Shown one piece after another: positions 8,828 to 17,691 of a DNA stretch of 34,440 bases. The position numbers and the translations under genes are program-made. The notes under the pieces were generated by a model, which was not told the DNA's origin, did no database searches, and saw only the letters and a program-made list of their open reading frames with translations. Numbering within the stretch: position 1 is the first letter of the stretch; every line of letters begins with the position of its first letter. Source of the stretch: Planctomycetota bacterium (GTDB lineage: Bacteria; Planctomycetota; B15-G4); assembly GCA_036229545.1 (NCBI GenBank), contig JAZALG010000005.1, positions 1 through 34,440 on the forward strand, given 5' to 3'.

Positions 8828-11350
8828 ATGTTCCTCTCCCCCCTTTTGCTGCACTCCACCGTCCTGCGCGTGACGCTGGTGGGTGCTCTGATGGCTCTTT
8901 CAGCAGCCGCCCATGCTCCCCATGACACAGCCCACATGGTGGCACTCTCACCGAACTACGGGACGGATGGAACCATCATCGCCAGCATAAACCTCACAGA
9001 CCATTCCATGGTCTGTCGGTCAACGGACTTTGGCAGAAGTTGGGAGTGTCGAGGACTCCCCATGGCCCTGAGCGACACCACGGCGATCGTCTTTTCACCC
9101 AACTACGCCGTCGATCAAACGGTTTTCTTTTCGACGACAGAGAACGGCCTCTGGAGAACTGAAGATGGTGGTGACCATTGGATACCGTCCAATGGCGGAC
9201 TCGCACCTTCTGCGATCTATTCTCTTGCGATCTCCCCTGACTTTGCCAGTGACCGGACTGTCCTAATCGCCACAGCAAAGGGCCTTTTCCGATCAACAGA
9301 CGGCGGGGTTCAGTGGTCTCTCTCATCCACGGGCATGGTCGAAACAAACCTCTCTGTCGTCGCCTTCGGCGGAGACGGGCTCACCGCTTTTTCAGGCGGT
9401 GCCATCCTTCACCGCTCTAACGACAGCGGGACAACCTGGGCCCCCATCCATCCCTTCACGGCGCCCATGGCCAACCTCGCGATCTCGCCCAATTTCCCTG
9501 TAGAGAACACTCTCGCGACATGCTTTGGACGCTTTGGAGGGGGTGTCCTCGCCAGCACAGATGGTGGTCTCTCTTTCGCGCCCACCGTTGACGGCCTCAA
9601 CGATCCAAAGGTGAACGATGTGGCCTTCACCAATACTGGCGCCCTTTTCTCCGCCACTCGGGAATCGGGAGTGTTTTACACAGAGACCCTCTTCGGAACC
9701 TGGGCTCTTGCCATGGAAGGATTCGAGCACCCCTCTGACCTCACCAACGACCACTACCGAGATCTTGCGATCTCCCCGGATTTTTCAAACGATCAAACCG
9801 TCTTCGTGGCCGCCTACGAGGGGCTCCACATGACAACAGACGGAGGCCAGAACTGGGGACAGGCAGAAATCTATTCCCAGCGCCTGTTTAAACGAATCCT
9901 TCCCTCCCCCGACTTTCCCAGAGGCCCCCTCTTCCTTGGAAACTCCGGCATGGGATTGGCTGTCTTGACCGATCCCGAGACCGCGATGACCAACCCCTCC
10001 CTGCCAGGCGCGTCGCTTCGCTGGACATCCGGTGCGGGGACGCCGGGCACGACCCCCGCCACACCCGCTGCCCCGCCTTTTTCCGGCAATCCCAAAAATA
10101 CCGGAGGCTGGGAGGTGCGTTCTGACGGGATTTCATCTCTCTATTGCATCTGCCTGTCCATGTCCCCCGATTTCAGCAGTGATCAAACCTTCTACTACGC
10201 CTTTCTTGGGCTCTGGCGGACTCATGACGGCGGAAAATCCTGGATTGAAGTACCCCTCCCCCCTGGAGTCAGCGTGATCCGGGCCATGGAAGTTTCACCT
10301 GATTTTTCGACCCGCGGAACAGGCGCCCTCTTCATCGGGTCTAGCGGTGAGGGGCACTACCGATCCTATGACGGGGGAGACACCTGGCAACCACTCGGGG
10401 GAGGACTGCCGTCTACCGCCACACTCAAGAGCATTGATTTCTCGCCGGACTATGCCACGGACCAAACCGTCTTGATCAGCACACGAAACAACGGTTTATG
10501 GAAGAGCACGGATGGTGGTGAAAACTGGTCTTTGCTGGATCAGCTCCCGCCCGATGACATCCGGTCCGTGGCTCTCTCTCCCAACTTTGCCACGGACCAG
10601 TTGATCCTCGTCGGATCTGTCGGCGATGGCCTGTGGGAAAGCACCGACGGGGGGAGCAACTGGCAGCCTGTCACCTCCGGTCTGCCTTCCGGCATGCCAC
10701 TCGTTGTCGAAGATCTCGTCTTTTCTCCGTCCTTTACCCAGGACGGAATAATCTTCATGGCTCTGGCAGCTCATGGCGTGTTTCGTTCCAACGATTCCGG
10801 TCTGAGTTGGACCTCCGTTTCCTCTGGACTGCCCCCTGATACCGTTCGGCGGCTGGGCATCTCCCCCGCTTTTAAATCCGACGGCATTCTTTATGCAGGG
10901 ACCTATGCGGGCCTTTGGAAAACGCTTTCCGGCGGCGAGCAATGGAGTGAAGTGCCCCTCTTCCTTCGTACAGACGATGCCCACCACTCTGTCATAGATT
11001 CTCCTCATGAGGCGTGGGCCTCTCAGCAGAACCCCGAGGCCTTCGGTGTTGGATTCTCGTGGAGCGACACCCCCGAGGCCACGCAGAGCCTCACCTTCCA
11101 CGGACAGCGCGTTGCTTGGCACGCCCCCCTCCGTGTGGACGGGGGAACAGCGGAGGTACTTCTCGACAACGAAGTCGTGGCCACCATCGATCTCCTCGCG
11201 CCATCAAACCAACCGCCCGCAGCCCGTTTCTCTTATGTTTGGCCGGAGGCGGGCTGGCACACCATTGCCGTCCGTGTCCCTGCATCCAGTCGTCCCGGAG
11301 CCTCGACGGGAATCCTGTGGTCTGATGGATTCTCTTTTCAGGACAAGTGA
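8828..11350 (+). CDS. Secreted BNR/Asp-box beta-propeller protein; paralogue 2
   Basis: Signal peptide (AAA|HAPHD); same architecture and shared motifs with 6254-8812 (FGRFG, GFExxSDLTxxH[FY]R, C-terminal SDGF); 15-bp gap after paralogue 1. Confidence 0.8.
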   Translation: MFLSPLLLHSTVLRVTLVGALMALSAAAHAPHDTAHMVALSPNYGTDGTIIASINLTDHSMVCRSTDFGRSWECRGLPMALSDTTAIVFSPNYAVDQTVFFSTTENGLWRTEDGGDHWIPSNGGLAPSAIYSLAISPDFASDRTVLIATAKGLFRSTDGGVQWSLSSTGMVETNLSVVAFGGDGLTAFSGGAILHRSNDSGTTWAPIHPFTAPMANLAISPNFPVENTLATCFGRFGGGVLASTDGGLSFAPTVDGLNDPKVNDVAFTNTGALFSATRESGVFYTETLFGTWALAMEGFEHPSDLTNDHYRDLAISPDFSNDQTVFVAAYEGLHMTTDGGQNWGQAEIYSQRLFKRILPSPDFPRGPLFLGNSGMGLAVLTDPETAMTNPSLPGASLRWTSGAGTPGTTPATPAAPPFSGNPKNTGGWEVRSDGISSLYCICLSMSPDFSSDQTFYYAFLGLWRTHDGGKSWIEVPLPPGVSVIRAMEVSPDFSTRGTGALFIGSSGEGHYRSYDGGDTWQPLGGGLPSTATLKSIDFSPDYATDQTVLISTRNNGLWKSTDGGENWSLLDQLPPDDIRSVALSPNFATDQLILVGSVGDGLWESTDGGSNWQPVTSGLPSGMPLVVEDLVFSPSFTQDGIIFMALAAHGVFRSNDSGLSWTSVSSGLPPDTVRRLGISPAFKSDGILYAGTYAGLWKTLSGGEQWSEVPLFLRTDDAHHSVIDSPHEAWASQQNPEAFGVGFSWSDTPEATQSLTFHGQRVAWHAPLRVDGGTAEVLLDNEVVATIDLLAPSNQPPAARFSYVWPEAGWHTIAVRVPASSRPGASTGILWSDGFSFQDK

Positions 11351-11386
11351 GACACCCAACGCCCTTTGTGCCAGCGGGAAATGCCT

Positions 11387-12133
11387 CTAACTCTCCAGCG
11401 CCTTGAGGAACGCCGCAATCCGGCCTGGATCCGTCGACTGCCGTTCGTATTCACCGGGGACTCTTTCCACGCCCATATAGATCTTGGCATTGCGGTATGT
11501 CATCGGGCTTTCGTCATGGCAAAAGGCGGTGAAATGGATTTCCTGGCAACCTGTCTGAGTCGCAATCCTTTGAACATCTCCCTCTTCGATTCCCCCTCCA
11601 GGCATCACAACAATCCGGTCGCCGGCCTGAGCGACGAGGTCTGAAAGGATATCCATCCCCTCCAATGCGGTGGCACGGCCGCCAGAGGTGAGAACACGCG
11701 ACACCCCCAGGTCCGCGAGGACTTCAAGAGATGAAGAAAGGTCGCGGGACATATCGAAAGCTCGGTGAAAGGTGACCTCCATGGGCCGGGCACGCTCGAC
11801 AAACCGTGCCGTCTTTTCCTCGTCGATCTCTCCATCGGGCCTCAAGAAGCCAAAGACAACACCGTCAGCACCGCCCTCGCCAACAACGTCGATGTCTCGC
11901 GCCATGACATCAAGGTCCCCTGCGTCGTAGACGAAGTCGCCCGCTCGGGGACGGATCATAGCCATGATTCCGATCCCCGACGTTTCCCGAGCCCTCCCCA
12001 GGGCACCCGCACTCGGAGTGGTGCCCCCCTCAATGAGATTGGCGCAAAGTTCAACCCTTTCGGCGCCGGCCTGAGCCGCCGCAGCGACCCCTTCAGCAGA
12101 ATCAAGGCAGACCTCGACGAGGGGACGGGTCAT
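11387..12133 (-). CDS. cutC: CutC family protein
   Basis: VEVCLDS, RVELC, EGGTTPS, MIRPRAGDFVY, TFHRAFD, RVLTSGG, MPGGGI, EIH motifs; likely ATG at 12133. Confidence 0.93.
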   Translation of the reverse strand: MTRPLVEVCLDSAEGVAAAAQAGAERVELCANLIEGGTTPSAGALGRARETSGIGIMAMIRPRAGDFVYDAGDLDVMARDIDVVGEGGADGVVFGFLRPDGEIDEEKTARFVERARPMEVTFHRAFDMSRDLSSSLEVLADLGVSRVLTSGGRATALEGMDILSDLVAQAGDRIVVMPGGGIEEGDVQRIATQTGCQEIHFTAFCHDESPMTYRNAKIYMGVERVPGEYERQSTDPGRIAAFLKALES

Positions 12134-12161
12134 TGGCCAGAGTCCATGGCAAAAAGGGCCT

Positions 12162-14744
12162 TCAGACCTCTTCGCCCTCCTCGAATTCACGAGATTCAGG
12201 ATTCAAAGCCACCCATTCATCGAGAGACAACTGAACCTCACGCGCCTGGCTGCCTTTGTATTCGCCCAGGACGCCTTCCTCGGCCATGAGGTCAATCAGG
12301 CGGGAGGCCCGGGTATAGCCGATGGCAAACTTTCTCTGCAGAAGAGACGCACTTCCCCTCTGGGTGTCGATGATGAATCGAGTGGCGGCATCATAAAGTT
12401 CATCGACCGTGGTTGGATCCTTCCCGCTGCTGGATCGGCGCTGGATAAGTTCGGGCTCGTAGGTGGGACCGCCCCCTCCCCGAACAGCGTCCGTGACCAC
12501 CGTCATTTCCTCGTCGCTAATAAAGGTGCACTGCCCCCGCACGACGTTGCTGCTATGGGGTGGGAGGAAGAGCATGTCGCCCTGCCCCAGTAACTGCTCA
12601 GCACCGTTGGTGTCCAAAATGACACGGCTGTCTATCTTGCTCGACACCATAAAGGCGATTCTCGCCGGCAGGTTCGCCTTGATCAGGCCCGTGATCACAT
12701 TGGTGCTCGGTCTCTGGGTCGCAAGAATAATGTGGATTCCAACGGCTCGGCTCTTGGCAGCAAGACGGGTAATAGAACTTTCCACCTCCTTGGCCGACAC
12801 CAGCATGAGGTCAGCCAGTTCATCCACCACAATCACGATAAACGGCATGGAAACGGGGAAGCCTTCTTCGTCCACAGCATCGCCAAACTTTTCACGAAGG
12901 CCTTCCTTGCCAATCTTGTTGTAGCTGTAGATGTTGCGGACCCCCGCTCCTGAAAGCAGTCGATATCGATCCTCCATCTTCGTTACCGCCCACTCGAGAA
13001 TCCCCGGGGCACGTTTCATATCGCTGACAACAGGACAGGCAAGGTGGGGGATATTCTCGAACTGAGAGAGTTCGACCATCTTCGGGTCAATGAGGATCAA
13101 CTGAACCTGCTCGGGTGTCCGTGTATAGAGCCAAGAACAAATGATGGTGTTCAGGCAAACGGACTTCCCCGAACCCGTAGCACCCGCGACCAAAAGATGG
13201 GGCATCTTGGCGAGGTCCACGATCATGGGACGGCCCGCAGCATTTCGTCCCAGAAAAACCGGGAGAGCAAAAGCGTTCTCTGTGTATTCGCTGCATTCCA
13301 GGAGGGGCTTAAATCGCACGGTCTCCCGGACAGGGTTGGGGACCTCGATCCCGATCGTGTTTTTCCCAGGAATCGGAGCCACGATGCGCACCGTTCGTGC
13401 TCTCAGAGCGATCGCGAGGTCATCTTCCAGGGAGCGCACCTTCTCCACCTTGATTCCGGGCGCCAACTCCATCTCAAACATTGAGATCACAGGCCCCTTT
13501 TGAATCTCCACGCTCTTGGCATCGACTTTGAAGGACAGGAGGGTCTTCTCAAGGACAACCGTCTTTTCTGCAAGGATCTCATCGAGTTCATCTTGGTCGA
13601 CCGTCTCTTGGTCGTCCAAAAGATTGGCGCTGGGAAAAATGTATCTCCCCGGAGCACAGGCCTCGACTTCTTCCATGCCGTCGTCCGGATTGAGATCCGG
13701 GGGTTCCTCATCACTATCGGCTGTCACAAGCGGAACAGGAGGGTCGTCGTCCTCTGAGAGGCCCTCTTCCTCGCTCTCATCGTCCTCAGGCGCCTCGAGC
13801 AGGATTTCTTCCTCGTCTTCGTACATCTCCTCTACAGCAACCTCTTCTTCAATTTCTTGTGCTGCCTCTTCCAGCATCGACTCAGGAATCGAAGCTCCCT
13901 CTTCATCTTCAAGAACCTTGAAGGGGGCAAGGTCCTCTTCGGAGAGATTCTCTTCCAGTTCTTGGGCATCCGACTCTCCATATTCCTCCAAGAGTCGCTG
14001 GCGTTGCGTTTCGAGCAGCAAGGCCGCCTGCTCCCGCCTGGAAAGATTGCGGAGACGCCTGTCTTTGTAAACTCCGGCAGCAGCCACGCTTCCTTGGCGC
14101 AGCCACCGAGCCCCCGTGAGCACCGAAGCGGCCACATGCATATCAGTGGCCAAGATGAAGGTGATCGTCGTGAGGACCAGAAGAACGATCCGGGTCCCAA
14201 TGAGGCCAAGCCCCCCGCCCGTCATGAGCCGATCGTTGACAAACTCTCCGACCACCCCGCCTGCTGGAAAAGCCCCGGCAGATCCTGAAAAGAAATGGGC
14301 GATGAGCGCACTGGCAGAAACAAGACACAACAGCAGACCCGACCCTCGAATTGTCGCGGAGTCCCTCTGCAAATCAAAAAAGAGCACCATCGACCACAAG
14401 CCTAAGCAGAGAACGATCAAATAAGCCGCATACCCGAAGGTGCCTAGGAAAAGTTGAGACAGGGCTTCTCCTGTCGACCCGCAAAGGTGTGATCCCCCAT
14501 AGGAGCTCACGAAGGCTAAGAGAAGAAATAGCGTCGACCCCGCCATGGCGACCCCGCTGACCTCCTGCAATCGTCGGCGGCTCTCCCCCGTCAGCCTTGA
14601 AAAGAAACTCTTTTTACCCGCCGTCGCGGAGGCAGAAGCCTCCTTGAGACCTCTCCCAATCGCCCGGGCCATGCGTTTCGTTGAAAGCGCTGAACGGCCC
14701 CTTTGTTTTTTCTTCTTCTTTCGAGCCATGGGTGCCGTCACCAC
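12162..14744 (-). CDS. ftsK: DNA translocase FtsK/SpoIIIE
   Basis: N-terminal TM domain, acidic linker, MPHLLVAGATGSGKS, LIDPKMVEL, VDELADLM, LATQRPS, GAEQLLGQGDML, gamma domain SASLLQRKFAIGYTRA. Start 14744 or 14729. Confidence 0.96.
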   Translation of the reverse strand: MVTAPMARKKKKKQRGRSALSTKRMARAIGRGLKEASASATAGKKSFFSRLTGESRRRLQEVSGVAMAGSTLFLLLAFVSSYGGSHLCGSTGEALSQLFLGTFGYAAYLIVLCLGLWSMVLFFDLQRDSATIRGSGLLLCLVSASALIAHFFSGSAGAFPAGGVVGEFVNDRLMTGGGLGLIGTRIVLLVLTTITFILATDMHVAASVLTGARWLRQGSVAAAGVYKDRRLRNLSRREQAALLLETQRQRLLEEYGESDAQELEENLSEEDLAPFKVLEDEEGASIPESMLEEAAQEIEEEVAVEEMYEDEEEILLEAPEDDESEEEGLSEDDDPPVPLVTADSDEEPPDLNPDDGMEEVEACAPGRYIFPSANLLDDQETVDQDELDEILAEKTVVLEKTLLSFKVDAKSVEIQKGPVISMFEMELAPGIKVEKVRSLEDDLAIALRARTVRIVAPIPGKNTIGIEVPNPVRETVRFKPLLECSEYTENAFALPVFLGRNAAGRPMIVDLAKMPHLLVAGATGSGKSVCLNTIICSWLYTRTPEQVQLILIDPKMVELSQFENIPHLACPVVSDMKRAPGILEWAVTKMEDRYRLLSGAGVRNIYSYNKIGKEGLREKFGDAVDEEGFPVSMPFIVIVVDELADLMLVSAKEVESSITRLAAKSRAVGIHIILATQRPSTNVITGLIKANLPARIAFMVSSKIDSRVILDTNGAEQLLGQGDMLFLPPHSSNVVRGQCTFISDEEMTVVTDAVRGGGGPTYEPELIQRRSSSGKDPTTVDELYDAATRFIIDTQRGSASLLQRKFAIGYTRASRLIDLMAEEGVLGEYKGSQAREVQLSLDEWVALNPESREFEEGEEV

Positions 14745-14808
14745 CTCCTGGACCGTCGATACGCTTTCACTGGTCCCTCTTTCCCCTCAGAACGAGCTTC
14801 CAGTCTAC

Positions 14809-14838
14809 AAAATGCCCTTCGCATGAAAGAGGCATCCT
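14809..14838 (-). terminator. Possible intrinsic terminator between rpoZ and ftsK
   Basis: Minus strand aggatgcctctttcatgcgaagggcatttt forms an imperfect hairpin ending in a short U run. Confidence 0.25.
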
Positions 14839-14931
14839 GGCCCCCCTGCAAAGATCGATCAATGCCTTTCCGGCTATCAGGGCAACACCAACTCGAATCG
14901 CACCTAGAGAGCCCCCAGAGCAACAACCCCG

Positions 14932-15267
14932 TCAGGCCTTGTCCTCTTTCTTTGACGGCGCTGCTTCGGTTGGAGTCTCAACTCCTTGAATCATGCGATT
15001 TCGGAGTGCCTCAAGCAGTTCTGCCTCTTCGCTAGCACTCTGACTCGCAGCTTCGAGTTGTTCCATTTCCTCTTCAGAGAGATCGACGAGTTCAATCGCA
15101 CCCGCTTCGATCTCCAGCATGGCGATATCGATGGGATCTTCCTCATCGGTCTCAACGAGCCTGGGCGCTCCACCCACGAGTTCTCGCACGCGCTTCTGCA
15201 GAAGCACCGCTAGGCGGAAAATCCCACCCGCCTTTTCGGAAAGTTCCATCACTCTAGTGTGATTCAT
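14932..15267 (-). CDS. rpoZ: RNA polymerase omega subunit
   Basis: GGIFRLAVLLQKRVRELVGGAPRLV...PIDIAMLEIEAG; directly downstream of gmk; acidic C-terminal tail. Confidence 0.9.
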   Translation of the reverse strand: MNHTRVMELSEKAGGIFRLAVLLQKRVRELVGGAPRLVETDEEDPIDIAMLEIEAGAIELVDLSEEEMEQLEAASQSASEEAELLEALRNRMIQGVETPTEAAPSKKEDKA

Positions 15268-15302
15268 ATGTCACCTCTGTTTTTGTCCTTGATTGCGTCC
15301 CC

Positions 15303-15893
15303 TCAACCTTCGAGAGAAGCGTTTTCTTCTAGGCCAAGCAACTTCTTGATCTGTTCCACAGCCTGATCCACATCTTCGTTCACCACAATATGGGCACCTT
15401 CCAGCCGCGCCTGATTCATTTCTTCCTGCGCCCGTGCAAGCCGCTGGGCCACCTGTTGTTCATCTTCCGTTCCTCGGTTTTGTAATCGATGAGCAAGATC
15501 ATCGATCGACGGTGGCTCGATGAAAATATACAGCAACCCAAGCCCAGTCGCCCGAAGATTGCTCGCGCCCACCACGTCCACCTCCATGATGTAGACCGCC
15601 TCCGGGTCACGAAGGCTGTCATCGACGTCCTGCCATGTCGATCCATAAAGATACCCGTTGCCGAAAACATCATTGGTTTCGACAAAAGCCTTCTCTTCCA
15701 CCATCTTCAAAAACGTGTCGTGATCGACGAATCGATAGTCCTTCCCGTCCACTTCATCTTGGCGGGGGGGACGCGTTGTCACCGAGACACTGACCCGAAC
15801 ACGAGGATGCTTTCTCAGTTGATCAATGATACTGGTCTTTCCCGAGCCAGATGGCCCGGAAATCACCACGACTTGTCCTGTGGCCTGTGTCAT
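15303..15893 (-). CDS. gmk: Guanylate kinase
   Basis: VISGPSGSGKTS, SVSVTTRPPR..EVDGKDYRF, YGS, EVDVVGA, IFIEPPS, RLQNRGTE. Confidence 0.96.
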   Translation of the reverse strand: MTQATGQVVVISGPSGSGKTSIIDQLRKHPRVRVSVSVTTRPPRQDEVDGKDYRFVDHDTFLKMVEEKAFVETNDVFGNGYLYGSTWQDVDDSLRDPEAVYIMEVDVVGASNLRATGLGLLYIFIEPPSIDDLAHRLQNRGTEDEQQVAQRLARAQEEMNQARLEGAHIVVNEDVDQAVEQIKKLLGLEENASLEG

Positions 15894-15940
15894 TCGATAT
15901 TCGCCGTCTGCTCCTGCAACTTTTCAATGCACGTCTTCAT
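15890..15940 (-). pseudogene. yicC: Vestigial 3' end of yicC/yloC (16-codon mini-ORF MKTCIEKLQEQTANIE*)
   Basis: Matches the YicC C-terminal pattern KxxxEKxREQxQNIE*, sits where yicC normally lies (upstream of gmk) and overlaps the gmk start in an ATGA. The rest of the gene is absent. Confidence 0.72.
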
Positions 15941-15978
15941 CGTGTCCGTGGCCTGTCATGCTAGAGGGAGTCAACGGA

Positions 15979-16575
15979 TTATGCGCCGGGACGGCTCCCG
16001 GGTTTATCAAGGGATAGGCCCTCACGGCACTGCGGGCAATCATCAACCTCCCATGCCTGGGCGGGAACATCGAGGAGCGCCGTATAGGGCACGGAAAACG
16101 GTGAAGCGGCGGAGCGACAGACGAGACTTCCTACGGCCGCAACCGAAGCTTCCATCGACTGCAGCAGCGAAACCACTTCGGCAGCCGAGCCTCCTGTCGT
16201 GACAACATCCTCGACAACCACGACCTTGGCGCCTTGGGAAATCTCAAATCCTCGACGCAAGGTCATCGATCCATTTTTTCGCTCGGTAAACAGGCACGGC
16301 ACAGCCAGGCACCTTGCAACCTCATGAGCGACAATGATCCCGCCAAGGGCAGGGCCCACCACGAGATCCGGTTTCTCACCATGGAGAAGATCCAGCAGTT
16401 TCCCCGCGAGGGCGGCCCCGGCCACTTCCGCTTCCCCTGGGTGGGCAAGCAGTCGAGCGCATTGAATGTACTGGTCGCTGTGCAATCCGGAACTGAGTCC
16501 AAAATGCCCTGAGAGGAGAGCCCCCGTTCTTTGCAAGGCCTCTCGCAACGAGCCTTCCGCGGTCGCGGAGGTCAC
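15979..16575 (-). CDS. pyrE: Orotate phosphoribosyltransferase
   Basis: GHFGLSSGLHSDQYIQC, GPALGG, PRPP motif VVVEDVVTTGGS, C-terminal CPQC...KPGSR. Confidence 0.94.
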   Translation of the reverse strand: MTSATAEGSLREALQRTGALLSGHFGLSSGLHSDQYIQCARLLAHPGEAEVAGAALAGKLLDLLHGEKPDLVVGPALGGIIVAHEVARCLAVPCLFTERKNGSMTLRRGFEISQGAKVVVVEDVVTTGGSAAEVVSLLQSMEASVAAVGSLVCRSAASPFSVPYTALLDVPAQAWEVDDCPQCREGLSLDKPGSRPGA

Positions 16576-16883
16576 TGGCCTTCTCCTTCGCCCGTTTCAG
16601 ACGGCGCGGAGGCCGCTCCCCCGCCCGGACCCTCAGCATCGAGAACCACAACCGCAGAGTCACTCGACCGAATGTTGGTGATCAAAATGGCGATTAACAC
16701 AATGCCCACACAGAGGTAGGCAGTAAATTTAGTGATGCCCTCCGCCTTCACTCCAAAAGTCTGTGCCCCCCCGCCCCCAAACGCTTCTGCGAGCCCGCCT
16801 CCCTTTCCTTCCTGGAGGAGAATCACTGCTGAGACAAGAATGCAGCCAAGGGTGAACAACACCCAGAGAATCGATTCGATCAC
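16572..16883 (-). CDS. secG: Preprotein translocase subunit SecG
   Basis: Two TM helices around ILLQEGKGGGLAEAFGG...ITKFT; downstream of tpiA. Confidence 0.93.
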   Translation of the reverse strand: MIESILWVLFTLGCILVSAVILLQEGKGGGLAEAFGGGGAQTFGVKAEGITKFTAYLCVGIVLIAILITNIRSSDSAVVVLDAEGPGGGAASAPSETGEGEGQ

Positions 16884-17656
16884 GGTGCTTCTCCTATGAA
16901 CCGGTAGCGGGTGAGTGCCTGAAAGGAATCCATATCAAGAGACGCGCCCCCCACGAGGGCTCCATCCACATCTGTGCACGCCATAAGATCAGAAATGTTA
17001 CCTGGATTGACAGATCCTCCATACTGAAGGACGACACGATCAGAGACATCCTGCGAGAACATCTCGGAAAGCGACCCGCGAATCATAGCGTGTACTTCCT
17101 GAGCCTGTTCCGGGGTCGCCGTATGGCCGGTCCCAATCGCCCACACCGGTTCGTATGCCAAAGTGATCCTGGACGCGACAACCTCGCCATCTAGGCCTGC
17201 AACGCCACTTTCGAGATGGCCTCCCACCACCTCGTGGGTCCGACCGGATTCCCTCTCTTCGAGTGTCTCGCCGACGCAAAGGATGATGTTGAGGTCGGCG
17301 GAAAGAGCCGCCTCTGCGCGAGCCCGTACGTCCTCGTTTGTCTCTCCAAACAGATGGCGACGCTCGCTATGGCCCACAATGACGTGGGTTGCTCCCATTT
17401 CCCGAATCATCGGAGCGGCCACTTCACCCGTGAAAGCTCCTTTTTCTTCCGCATGGCAGGTCTGGGCCCCGACGACAATGCCCGTCCCCGACAACCTCTC
17501 CGCCACCTCTCCGAGATAGACGAAAGGAGGAAATACCCCCACGGTCAGGTCTTGGTAGCCCCCGCTCTGCTCGGACAGGCTCGTGCAAAACTCCTGCACC
17601 GCAGACCGATCCAGGTTCATCTTCCAATTACCGGCAATAAAAGGGCGTCGCATCAA
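16880..17656 (-). CDS. tpiA: Triosephosphate isomerase
   Basis: IAGNWKMN, GAFTGEV, GHSERR, AYEPVWAIGTG, YGGSV, VGGASL. Confidence 0.98.
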   Translation of the reverse strand: MMRRPFIAGNWKMNLDRSAVQEFCTSLSEQSGGYQDLTVGVFPPFVYLGEVAERLSGTGIVVGAQTCHAEEKGAFTGEVAAPMIREMGATHVIVGHSERRHLFGETNEDVRARAEAALSADLNIILCVGETLEERESGRTHEVVGGHLESGVAGLDGEVVASRITLAYEPVWAIGTGHTATPEQAQEVHAMIRGSLSEMFSQDVSDRVVLQYGGSVNPGNISDLMACTDVDGALVGGASLDMDSFQALTRYRFIGEAP

Positions 17657-17691
17657 AATTGTCCGTGAGTATTTGCCTAACTGAAGCTGTC

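Noticed and set aside
6254-11350. CRISPR-like or DNA-level tandem repeats
   Set aside because: Repetition is at the protein level with degenerate codons; I saw no identical spaced DNA repeats.
11387-12133. cutC as proof of a copper system with the propeller genes
   Set aside because: cutC follows ftsK on the opposite strand and its role in copper handling is uncertain, so adjacency alone is weak evidence.
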